DNA of 64,000 nucleotides from Octopus vulgaris (taxonomy: Eukaryota): the NCBI GenBank assembly GCA_951406725.2, contig OX597822.1, positions 63,302,001 to 63,366,000 of the forward strand, read 5' to 3'. The notes under the pieces are model-generated. The model was not told the DNA's origin, ran no database searches, and worked only from the letters and a program-made list of their open reading frames with translations. Positions 50,679-63,138 of this stretch are shown in pieces. Each line of letters begins with the position of its first letter. Positions within the stretch are counted from its first letter, which is position 1. The translations under genes and the position numbers were made by a program.

Positions 50679-51810
50679 GGCGGCGAGCTGGCAGAAACGT
50701 TAGCACGCCGGGCGAAATGCTCAGCAGTATTTCGTCTGTCGCTACGTTCTGAGTTCAAATTCCGCCGAGGTCGACTTTGCCTTTCATCCTTTCGGGGTCG
50801 ATTAAATAAGTACCAGTTACGCACTGGGATCGATATAATCGGCTTAATCCGTTTGTCTGTCCATTTTGTCCTCTCTGTGTTTAGCCCCTTGTGTGTAGTA
50901 AAGAAATAGGTATTTCGTCTGTCTACACGTTCTGAGTTCAAATTCCGCCGAGGTCGACTTTGCCTTTCATCCTTTCGAGGTCGATTAAATAAGTACCAGT
51001 TACGCACTGAGATCGATATAATCGGTTTAATCCGTTTGTCTGTCCTTGTTTGTCCTCTCTGTGTGTAGCCCCTTGTGGGTAGTTAAGAAATAGGTATTTC
51101 GTCTGTCTACACGTCCTGAGTCTAAATTCCGCCGAGGTCGACTTTGCCTTTCATCCTTTCGGGGTCGATTAAATAAGTACCAGTTACGCACTGGGATCGA
51201 TATAATCGGCTTAATCCGTTTGTCTGTCCATTTTGTCCTCTCTGTGTTTAGCCCCTTGTGGGTAGTTAAGAAATAGGTATTTCGTCTGTCTACACGTCCT
51301 GAGTCTAAATTCCGCCGAGGTCGACTTTGCCTTTCATCCTTTCGGGGTCGATTAAATAAGTACCAGTTACGCACTGGGATCGATATAATCGGCTTAATCC
51401 GTTTGTCTGTCCATTTTGTCCTCTCTGTGTTTAGCCCCTTGTGGGTAGTAAAGAAATAGGTATTTCGTCTGTCTACACGTTCTGAGTTCAAATTCCGCCG
51501 AGGTCGACTTTGCCTTTCATCCTTTCGAGGTCGATTACATAAGTACCAGTTACGCACTGGGATCGATATAATCGGTTTAATCCGTTTGTCTGTCCTTGTT
51601 TGTCCTCTCTGTGTGTAGCCCCTTGTGGGTAGTTAAGAAATAGGTATTTCGTCTGTCTACACGTTCTGAGTTCAAATTCCGCCGAGGTCGACTTTGCCTT
51701 TCATCCTTTCAGGGTCGATAACTTAAGTACCAGTTGTGTACTGGAGTTGATCTAATCGACTAGCGCCCTCTCCAAAAAATTTCAGGCCTGGTGCCAAGAG
51801 TAGAAAAGTA
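50679..51810 (+). mobile_element. tRNA-derived SINE (family B) hexamer: one head, six 183/184-bp-spaced cores, one tail
   Basis: Head ggcggcgagctggcagaaacgttag (A box), B box gagttcaaattc; core gaggtcgactttgcc at 50767, 50950, 51134, 51317, 51500, 51684; degenerate TSD tattttctatagc/tattttgtataac. Confidence 0.92.
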
Positions 51811-52909
51811 TATTTTGTATAACACTTTCTGCAACACGTTATTCCATTGACTTTGTTATATGTCTTGTTTTACCATTTATCTTTTGCTTGTTTCAGTCAT
51901 TGGATTGCAACCTTCAAGCGTTCAGTCGAACAAATCACCCACAGTACGTGTTTTCTTTTTTTTTTCAACCAATGGTATTGTTATATCGGTATCTTTTGCT
52001 GAATCGCTAAGTGTACGGTGTCGCAATCAAGCCAACAGCCGTTGTCAAGCGGTGGTGAGGAACAAATATATTCACATACACACACAGGTACATGCACACA
52101 CACACACACACACACGTATATGTGTGATGGGCTTCATTCAGTTTCCGTCTACCAAATCCACTCACAAGGCTATTCGATGGTCTGTGGCTAAAGTAGAAGG
52201 CACTTACCATTTTTTTTTTTTATTATTACCCACAAGGGGCTAAACACAGAGGGGACAAACAAGGACAGACATAGGTGTTAAGTCGATTACATCGACCCCA
52301 GTGCGTAACTGGTACTTAATTTATCGACCCTGAAAGGATGAAAGGCAAAGTCGACCTCGGCGGAATTTGAACTCACAACGTAAGACACCGCGCAGTAGGA
52401 TTGAACCCGGGACCGCGTGGCTGGGAATCAAACTTCTTAACCACACAACCACGCCAAGCACATTATCCAATTGATTTCGTAAAACACGAAATATCTATAT
52501 AGACTCTCACAAACACAGTTATGTAAACTCACCTTAATTGATACTCTAAATTAAAATTGGTCGCTTTTATGATTTGAATTCTCGCCTATTTTCACCCATA
52601 CTCTCAGACCAGGTGTTGTGTAATTATTTTCCCTTTACGCGACGAATAAAATCGAAACTGGTCTATTTCTTTTGATTTGTAGGAAACAAAAGCAAAAATT
52701 ATAAATAATTCATACTAGCTTTATATCTCTCCGCAAAAATATTTTAATTTCATACAAATGTGAGAAATCTATAGTTATCGCATGAATTTTGAGGAGATTT
52801 TTTTCTTTTCAATAACAACGTTTTAGATCAAATAATGACGATAGGAGGGAGGGCGATGCCCAGGTGCGCCTGAAGCATGAAAACTCAAATAAAGATAGTA
52901 GTAAGTAAA

Positions 52910-53635
52910 TGTAGCGAGCTGGAAGAATTGTTAGCATGCCAGGCAAAACGCTTAGCGGCATTTCGTCTGCCGTTACGTTCTGAGTTCAAATTCCGCCGAG
53001 GTCGACTTTGCCTTTCATCCTTTCGAAGTCGATAAATTAAGTACCAGTTACGCACTGAGGTCGATATAATCGACTTAATCCGTCTGTCTGTCCTTGTTTG
53101 TCTCCTCTGTGTTTAGCCCCTTGTGGGTAGTAAAGAAATAGGCACTTCGTCTGTCTACACGTTCTGAGTTCAAATTCCGCCGAGGTCGACTTTGCCCTTC
53201 ATCCTTTCGGGGTCGATTAAATAAGTACCAGTTACGCACTGGGGTCGATATGATCGACTTAATCCGTTTGTCTATCCTTGTTTGTCCTCTCTGTGTTTAG
53301 CCCCTTGTGGGTAGTAAAGAAATAGGCATTTCGTCTGCCGCTACGTTCTGAGTTCAAATTCTGCCGAGGTCGACTTTGCCTTTCATCCTTTCGGGGTCGA
53401 TTAAATAAGTACCAGTTACGCACTGGGGTCGATATAATCGACTTAATCCGTTTGTCTGTCCTTGTCTGTCCTCTCTGTGTTTAGCCCCTTGTAGGTAGTA
53501 AAGAAATAGGCATTTCGTCCGTCTTTACGTCCTAAGTTCAAATTCTACTGGGGTCGACTTTACCTTTCATCCTTTTGGATCGATAAAATAAGCGCCAGTT
53601 GTAATCAACTTTGCCTTGTGCCAGAATTTGAAATC
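52910..53635 (+). mobile_element. SINE family B tetramer with variant tail
   Basis: Four cores 184 bp apart; flanking repeat aataaagatagtag at 52888 and 53636. Confidence 0.88.
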
Positions 53636-54118
53636 AATAAAGATAGTAGAAAATGAGTTGATGTTTTGATTAGTAACAAGCATTCATTTTCCCATGAATT
53701 AATGAATAAGAATTTAATTGCTTTTAAAGTTTGCAAAGTTTGGCTATTTTTAGCTAATCGAAAGCCACCATTTTACAACATGATTGTATATCTCACTTTG
53801 ATGTCTGGTTCGATAATAACAACCAAATGTGAAGTCTGCCCCGTTTTCATTGTAACAAAGACGTACTCACGCATCACTGTGATATTTCACCACCGCAACC
53901 ACCACCACAAATTTTGACGAGAATTATTTTGTAACTGACAGCTACCACGCAGAAAATTCCGATTCCTGTTTTCTTGTCGACGACAAATTATCAAACTTTG
54001 AACATCAATAATAGTTTCCTAATTTTTTTTTTTTCGTTTTTCCTGGAATAGTTGACTCCCGAATTCGGATTCAGCGTGAAGATCACAGCAATATATCAAA
54101 TTTGAAAATTTTCACTTA

Positions 54119-54634
54119 CCGTAAATCCTCGAGTATAATCCGCACCCCCCCCCCCCACAAAAAAAATTTAAATGTCAAAATCGCTAGTGCGTACTGTATA
54201 CGAGGTTAAAAGCGAAAATTATTTTTAAGCAATGTACGAGTCTCTATTTGCTGTCCGGCAATGTTTATTCAGACGCATTTTGTGATGTCGGGCGCGAAAA
54301 TACCTTAAGCTAAGCCTGAAAGCAATGAAGTCATAAAAGAATCATCCATAACTTGCAGTAAGCAACATTTATTAAACGTTATTACTGTTATTTCTTTATT
54401 TTCTGTAAGCAAAATGCACAAAAAAGCTACACGTTTGCATTGTTATATATACAATAATAATAAAGGACGTTACCGTATACATTTTTACAAACCAAGGACG
54501 TTATATAGACCTCCTTGACTCAAGTTAAAGAAAGGTGCGTATTATACACAAGGTTAAGGTTTTTCAGAGGTACAGCCCCCTAAAAATCCCCTGCGCATTA
54601 TACTCAAGGGCGAACTATACTCGAGGATTTACGG
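54119..54634. mobile_element. Tigger/pogo-like MITE, same family as 17144-17620 in opposite orientation; fragment also at ~61435-61530
   Basis: TIRs ccgtaaatcctcgagtata / tatactcgaggatttacgg, TA flanks. Confidence 0.88.
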
Positions 54635-55517
54635 TAATTTTAAAATTTGCAAATCTGCGACAGCAGCCAAAAAGATCATATGGGCTCTAGCGTTGCTAGA
54701 GTGTGTGCCGCCCGGGGCGGCCCTTTTGTTTGCCGCCCCGGACCCCACAAAAAACACATTGCCTAAAGCGGACCCACAAATGCCGCCCCCACTGCCCACA
54801 CTAGCTATGCTAGTGCATATGGGATGCCCAACTTTGCATATAAGACCCGAGTAATGTTCCAAAACGTATTTCTGAAAAGAAAGTGCGTCGCATATGCCAT
54901 CAAATAAAATAATACAGCAAAATGATTTTTAAAATTCTTGTAACGACTTCTAGACACACGCATATACACGCGCCCACACATGCACATACTCTCTTTCTTT
55001 CTCTTTCTGTCTCTGTCTCTGTTTCTGTCTCTCTCTGTCTCTGTCTCTCTCTCTCACGCACACACACACTATACTATAAATTTGCGTTACGTTGTACATT
55101 TATTTGTGTTACACCGTTACATCGATCTGTGTGCGCGTTCGTGCATGTGTGTCTGTGTGCTCACGCGCTCATCTATGTTTGTCCGTTCGGAAACGAAACG
55201 AAAACGTTCATAATAGACAACCGCGCAGGTGAAGTACAAACGGAGAAGGGAAAAGATATGTGAAATGAAAAAGAAAGTAAGAGAGAGAGAGGACGTATGC
55301 GTTGCATCAACGGAAAAGGAAAATCAGTAGAGGATAAAAAGAAATGACGAGGGAAACAAATTAAGAGAAAAAGGCAGAGTGGGAGAATAAAGAAAAGAGA
55401 CGTAGAACAAGCATGTGAAAAATATGATAGGGAAAATAGACACACACTATAAGTTTACCTTACATTTCCACATAAATATACATAATTATACATACGCACA
55501 CACATACATATACATAC

Positions 55518-55587
<70 letters not shown>

Positions 55588-55680
55588 AGATGTACTCGCA
55601 TAGCAAGTAATTTAATCTGAGATCGTGTGCTGAAACGAAAACAATTGCAGCGTGGAAGGTGTTTGTAAGCCATTTAAGAA

Positions 55681-55767
<87 letters not shown>

Positions 55768-55814
55768 TGGCCTTTAGTCGAACAAATCGACCCCAGGTTC
55801 GAAATTTCACCAAG

Positions 55815-55865
55815 ACACCCGATGAAGGATGAAGGCTGGAGGGTATATCAGCCGAAACGTTGTGT
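55815..55865 (+). ncRNA. Degenerate minimal type-I hammerhead ribozyme motif (Penelope-like terminal repeat)
   Basis: ACAC-CcGATGA(AGGATGA)A-GGCTG-gagggtatat-CAGCC-GAAA-CG-TT-GTGT; U4>C change plus a 7-nt duplication in the core. Confidence 0.6.
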
Positions 55866-56314
55866 TAACAACAATCGAGATGAGGACAAATATCCGTCGA
55901 ATGTAAATATTGTAAATAATTCATTTAGGTTAACTACCTGTCGTTAATGATTTACATATAAACAAATGCATTTAGAAACAAAGATACATAGACACACTCG
56001 TGCACTGAACATTCATACGCATGAAGGCTTCTTAGGTGAATGACATCGTTCGAGAATTTAATATGACGTTACCCGTTGGCACATAGCCAATTCAAGTCTG
56101 TACACACGCGCAATATTTTCTCTCTCTCTCTTTCTTTCTCTCTCCCACTCAGTAGCTTCACTCACTCTTCAGTGGAAGAAAAGGAAGAGGAAATAACGAA
56201 AGAAAAGCAGAAAGTTCGTTGTCATTGAAATAGGAACAGCGCGTTATTGAAATAGGAACTACATAGAAAGAAAGTAGCAAGAACAATTGTAACAATATTT
56301 AATACACGCACGCA

Positions 56315-56381
<67 letters not shown>

Positions 56382-57831
56382 GCATATATATTCTTTTATT
56401 CTTTTACTTGTTTCAGTCATTTGATTGCGGCCATGCTGGAGCACCGCCTTAAATGGTTTTAGGCGAAGAAATCGACCCCAGGACTTATTCTTTGTAAACC
56501 TAGAACTTATTCTATCGGTCTCTTTTGCCGAACCACTAAGTTACGGGGACATAAACACACCAGCATCGGTTGTCAAGCGATGGCGGGGGTGATAAGCACG
56601 CATACACACACACACACACACATACGACGGTCTTCTTTCAGTTTCCGTAGATCGAATCCACTTACAAGGCTTTGGTCGGCTCGAGGCTATATATAGTAGC
56701 ACTTGCCCAAGGTGCTACGCAGCGGGACTGAACCCGAAACCATGCGGTTGGGAAGCAAGTTTCTTACCACATTATGCAAAGCAGCGATGAGAAATGAATA
56801 AATTTAGTTCAAATATGTTTGTAGCAGATTTTAACTTCTAAGGGTGATTTCAGCTCAGTGATGCTCTCTCTTTCACTCCTGTATGCATTTCTGGTTCGTT
56901 ATGCATTCCTCAGTAAGAGATACCAAGCAGAGATAATCCTAAACTACAGAAACAAGACAAACGACGTACGCAGGGGAAACAGTACGGAGCATAGGAGAGC
57001 GGGTAAATGAGCATTGGCGGGAACTTAAGGAAGAGAAGAGCTCATCGGTTCTATACCAGCATGCTGAGCGGGAACACTCAACAACATAGAAGTTAAAATC
57101 TTGTCCACACATAGAACAGACGCAACGATTAGACTAATAAGGAAGCTACATACATAATAGAAGATAATTCTAACCTCAACAGAAAACTAGAATGGAACAC
57201 TAGCAACACCCCCACACACCACAACCTATGACAGAATAAGATCCCCATAAACTGATAATAATATGAAACTAATACAATACACAGATAAATTAGAGTTAAA
57301 TAATTATATACATGAACAAAATAAAATAAATTAAATTAAATTAATACAAAAAAGAAAGAAATGAAAAAGTGAGTAGATAAAAACAAATGAATAAAATAAA
57401 TAAAAGTAAATTAAACGAACATGTATAAAAAGGGGATACTGATAATATAGGTACCATATACATTCCCACACATACACTAAACATAAAGACACACAGGGAT
57501 ATACGCATGCGCAAATAAAGACACATACAACAGGAATACAAAATGACAGATCGTTAGTAAGGAGAGACACAAAAAAGAAAGAAGAAAGCAAAGGACCACT
57601 GATGTGGTTACAGAAGTGTGACGAAAAACTCTGACCGAAATACAATTAATATGAAATAAAGCTGAAGCAAGTGAACACTAAATATATAGTGCGTGTGTTT
57701 TCATTGGCTAAACTAGCAACATGACCGTTCCCAAATACAACAATATCTGTTTCAACACACGAATTCACATCAAGAATCTTGCAAGACGAATGTATAAACG
57801 TATATATGTGGTTTTGAAATAAAATATATTA

Positions 57832-57899
<68 letters not shown>

Positions 57900-58095
57900 A
57901 TCCCTTCCAGGGGCCCTATTATTGATTTACCAAAAATCTGAGTATGCCATGGGCTTTCCAGACATGAGTTTTACTCACGTGTCAAGTTTCATCAAATCGA
58001 TGAAAGGTTGTAGGAGGAGTTAGCTAACAACTCCACAAACACACCCACCGACAGAATTTCCCACATATGTAATAGACTTTTTTTGCTTTGAAGTG

Positions 58096-58136
<41 letters not shown>

Positions 58137-58139
58137 TGT

Positions 58140-58198
<59 letters not shown>

Positions 58199-59007
58199 AT
58201 ATATACACCTGTATGAAATTATACTGAAAGGTTTTCCTTGTAGTTTCGCTATATCACTCTACATTGTCCAGTACCAATCAGCGATTTTTCATTAACTTTC
58301 TCCATTAGAAATCCCACTACTTTTGAATACGTTTTTTTTATCACACCGTTGTGTTATTTTTTTCTTACAATTTCGCCATCATCTGCTCAACTACCCTTAG
58401 ATATTCCCATGATGTTAGTATTCATTTCATTTCTTCTGTTTCCTGTATACGATTGTTAAATTTTCCAGATAGTGTTCTTGTTTTCCTTGTGCCCAGACGT
58501 AAAACGTTGCTCTTCCGCCTTTTCAGAGCAGTTCTGTCCGACAGTGAACTCTGGGTTACAATTATCATCATCATCGTCATCGTCCCCTTTCTCCTCCTCA
58601 TCGTCGTTGTCGTCACCATTACCACCATCATCGTCATCATCACCATCATCAAGGAGAGTTTGTCTCCTCCTATGTCAAAGATGATTCAACTTCATAGTTT
58701 TCTTTCTAATTCTATTCATTTTTCACGAAAGGCATGTATATAATGGCGGCCCAATCCCTTGCACAGTAACTGGAGAATTCAGAATAATTCCACGGTTGAA
58801 TTAGCATACTTGGTGACGGGAGGATGGAGGAGACAATTTGATGCTCATTCCCAGATTTCCTGGATGCCCCATATATTTCTCTCTTGTCTTCAAGAGCCAG
58901 TCTTTTGATTTGGTTGATTCACGATTATATTTAACCGTGAATTTTATTTTAAATTTCTTAAAATTATCTCCCCTTCTCATTCAACGTAGTTCACTATTAT
59001 CACTAGA

Positions 59008-59398
59008 CTAGCAATATCGCCCGGCGTTGCTCAGTTTTGTTTCGACCCTTTAGAATTGGAATTTTTGAAAAGTAAAAATTTTGAATTATGTAGCTTGTTA
59101 TTCTCTTTAAGTGAACATTTTTCTGGTTGAAATACACCGAAAAATGGCGACACATCAGTCAAAAAATCGTAAAAAATAGGGATTTTCATAGAAAAAAGCA
59201 CCTTTTTGATGTAAAAAATTTTTGGTGTTAACATGGTCCGATTTGAATTTTTTCTTCTACAGAAGGAAGAGCAAGCCTTCTTCTATCATACTCTCAATTT
59301 TGGTCAACTTGCGCCGCAGGTTCTCGGGGGAGATAGTGTTAGTTGAAGGGTACCAAACCTGCCACACACAGACAACTTCAGCTTTATATATAGAGAGA
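59008..59398 (-). mobile_element. Non-autonomous Helitron-like element
   Basis: Minus strand starts TC, ends ...gagcaacgccgggcgatattgCTAG with a GC-rich subterminal segment, and is inserted between A and T. Confidence 0.7.
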
Positions 59399-59876
59399 TT
59401 TATTCATTTATTTATTTGACTTCGTCTCTTTTCTGTTAGCGAGCGAAATTTTTAAAAATACATTATTAATCCTCCTCCTCATCATCATCTTAGCGCTAAA
59501 ATGGTTTGAACTTATACTACAAAATCTTTAAACGAGGAATAAGTCCGAGGTGTAAAGAGTGGCTATAAGAAGAATCCAGGTGAGCAGATATTGAGATAAT
59601 GATGCAAATAAACAAATAAACCGCTTGGGTTAGTCACACAAAATATACATACCCGTATACATGTAAATAGAGAAAAACAAAGAGTGAAAATAAACAGACG
59701 ATGAATATTCATGTAAAAATATAGAGATATTTATATATTTATACATGAATATTCATCGTCTGAATATTTTCGGCTTTTTTGTTTTCTCTCTGTTTACCTG
59801 TTTACAAAATAAACATGCACGCTTATTCTGTATATCTAGCCCAAGCAGGTCTTTTTATTTATTTCCATTATTATCT

Positions 59877-59964
<88 letters not shown>

Positions 59965-59967
<3 letters not shown>

Positions 59968-60968
59968 GAGTTGGACAAAATAATGGAAACACCTTAAAAT
60001 TTCAAACAAATTTATTTTAATATTGGGTAGGACCGCCTTTGGCAGTAATTACAACCTGAAGTCTACGAGGTATGGATTCGTACAAAATTTGAATAGTTTC
60101 CAAAGGAATCTTTTGTCCATTCTTCAGCTAAAACAGTCTCCAGTTCTTGTAGCGATGATGATGGAGGATATCGACTCCTTACTTGTTTTTCTAAAATGCA
60201 CCATAAATGTTTAATAATATTGAGACCTGGAGACTTTGGTGGCCAGATACGATGTTCAACTTCGCTACAATGTTCTCCGTGCCATTCAGTAACAACTTTA
60301 GCTGTGTGAATTGGTGTTTTATCATCCTGAAAGATTGCGTTTCCGTCCGGAAACAGTTCCGCAATCATAGGATGAATTAGATCAGATAAAATGCTTAAAT
60401 AGTCTTGACTATTAATTCTGCCATGAAGGGGACCCATTGGGCCGGCGGATTTCCAAGATATAGTCCCTCACCAATCATCATCATCACAGAGCTTTCTTCA
60501 TGTTTAGCAGTTGGAAGAAAGCAGTCTAGGTCAAATACTTCTTTTGGCTGTCTCTACAAGTATACTCAGCCGGTGGTCGGAAATAAGGTAAAGGATGACT
60601 CGTCCGAGAAAATAACATTCTTCTACTGCTCTAGAGACCATTCTGTAGGTTTTTACTCCACTCTAAACGCTTTGCAACGTTTGTTTTTGAAAGTAGTGGT
60701 TTTCTCATTGCAACCCTCCCGTGAAATCCATACGAGTACCAACAATTTGACCTCTTTGAAAGTCTGATAGATCTGTCATTTTAATGAATTTTAATTACCT
60801 TTTTGTGATGATATCTGAAAAGAAACAGCAATTTTAGCAAAACGTATTACGCAACACTAATAATAAATCAAAAAACATAAAAATAAACAAACTTTTGATG
60901 GTTTTATAGATATTTCCAAATTAGGATGCTATGATGCTAGGTATTTCCATTATTTTGTCCAACCCCTG
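59965..60968 (-). mobile_element. Internally deleted Tc1-like transposon with TIRs and TA TSD
   Basis: TIRs caggagttggacaaaataatggaaacacct / aggtatttccattattttgtccaacccctg; ORF 60063..60437 has IFQDDKTPIH and WPPKSPGLNIIKHLW (catalytic motif decayed). Confidence 0.93.
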
Positions 60969-61010
60969 TATACACACACACATACATACATACATACATA
61001 CATACATACA

Positions 61011-61109
<99 letters not shown>

Positions 61110-62302
61110 ATAATACAGTGATTGTTTCTTGTCAGGAACGAAAATATTAATAGGACTGCTATAGAAGTGCTCTACTGAAAGAGACAAATATATCAAACTA
61201 AAGTTATGGAACAAACAAATGCAAGATCATCCGCATAGCATTTCATAATTCGAACATTTGATCATGGAATATACATATAAACATCCCGCAAGATGGAACA
61301 TATTTCATCTGTACAAGCATACAAGCATATAATAATAATAAGGTGCGAGAAATAAATTTTTTTTCATCACAGTTTAGAGTTAATACTTTAGCGATTCAGA
61401 AAAATACATTAAAAAAAAAATAGAGACTCAGACAATATTTTTCATTTTTAACCTCGTATATAGTACGCACTAGGGATTTTGACCTTTAAATTTTGGGGGG
61501 AAATGTGGATTATAGTCCAGGATTTACAGTATACACAAACACAAAATATGTGTACGTGTATATAAAAATATATACAGAGAGAGAGAGAGAGAAAGAGCGA
61601 TTTGTTTTTCAAGAAAGACATCAATGTAAATCAAAGAGCTGTACTTAGGTGCATTCCATTATCTTTTTTAAGTTTCGCTCGTTGTCTTCTATATAAGTAG
61701 CTTTTACTCTTTCAGTAAGAAACAACGTGATTACCATATTCACTGTTGATCTTTAGAGTCATAACAAGCTTTGCAAGATAACCTAAAGGAATGTGAAATT
61801 CCAGCAACTCGTTGTTTATCATCAACACAGAAGGTGGATTAATCGTGAAAATCAAAGTGATATAGAAACAGAGGCACATTAACAGACACGTGTTAGTTCC
61901 CCATTTATTTTCCTCTTCTTTTCTTTTTTTTTTTTTCTTTCTTTTCAAAATCAGATCGAGAACTTTTAATAATAATAATAACGACAATAATTTTTCAGCC
62001 TGTCGATAAATCAAAGCGGCAACATCAAAGAGAATCACATGATTAGAAACAGAATCAAAGAAAAGCCCAGTAGTTTTATAACTTGACTGTTTCCAGTAAC
62101 ACCTACATGCTGGTTCTTTCTTCCCTTGAGAACGTTCAGTGCATTACTTTAGCAATTGTAATGGAAGTGGTGGTGGGGAACAAAAGATAAACAGAAACAC
62201 GTGCGCGCACACTCGGTGCTTCACTTAACATTCATGTACGGAGAGAGAACATTTGAATGCGCTGTATAAATTCTTAAATATAAGAATATACACTAACTCA
62301 CA

Positions 62303-62602
62303 GTGGAGGCGCAATGGGTAGCGGACTCGTGGTCGGAGGGTCGCGGTTTCGATTCCCAGATCGGGCGTTGTGTGTGTTTATTGAACGAAAACACTGAAAA
62401 GCTCCACGAGGCTCCGGCAGAAGGTGGTGGTGACCCCTGTTGTACTCTTTCGCCACAACTTTCTGTCATTCCCTCTTCCTGTTTCTTGAGTAACGCTGCG
62501 ATGGACTGGCATCCCGTCCAGCTGGGAGGAACAGATACGCCGGGGAAACCGGGCCCATGAGCCTGGCTAGGCTTGAATAGGGCGACGTTTATCGTTTTAT
62601 AG
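62303..62602 (+). mobile_element. SINE family C, tail type 3
   Basis: Same head; tail gagtaacgctgcgatggactggcatcccgtccagctggg...; TSD taactcaca. Confidence 0.85.
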
Positions 62603-62750
62603 TAACTCACACACACACATGCATGGCTGCCTGGTTAAGAAGCTCACTTTCTAACCGTGTGGTTTCGAGTTCTGGCCATCTGTACGGTACCTGGGGTAAA
62701 ATGTCTTCTACTATAGCCCTTGGCCGACCGATGCCTTGTAAGTGAATTTG

Positions 62751-63138
62751 GGTACTTTTTGGTTATATCACACCCATTAAAAAATTGCCATTAAAAACTT
62801 GGGTTATCTCCCCACTAAAACATCGAGTTAACGTGACAAGAGATTAGATTAAAAGAGTTAGATCCTTTTGATTCAATACTTCAACATATTGTCGACGTTT
62901 GGCTTCCTCAATAGGCATGATATGATTTATTATAAAAATATTATCAGATTCAAAACAATGTTTCATCTTTTCACTCTTTATGCTTATTAATTTTTTTCAT
63001 TCTGTTTTCTTTATTTTATTGAGGGTTAAAAAAATTTTTTTTTTAGTCGAAGGAGATAACCAAAACTACCGATATTTCTCGTAAAACGGGGGGAGATAAC
63101 CCAATTTGTTAATGGGGGTGAGATAACCAAAGAGTACC
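62751..63138. mobile_element. Merlin-like MITE inserted in a SINE, 8-bp TSD tgaatttg
   Basis: TIRs ggtactttttggttatatcacacccattaa / ttaatgggggtgagataaccaaagagtacc; exact TSD. Confidence 0.85.

Noticed and set aside
50669-51557. ORFs with repeated peptide RNWYLFNRPRKDERQSRPRRNL (also 37211..37465)
   Set aside because: Antisense translation of the 183-bp SINE unit (183 is divisible by 3); frames break at the 184-bp units.
50679-53635. Regular tandem repeats as a CRISPR array
   Set aside because: Whole units repeat with no unique spacers, there are no cas genes, and the context is eukaryotic with SINE head, tail and TSD.
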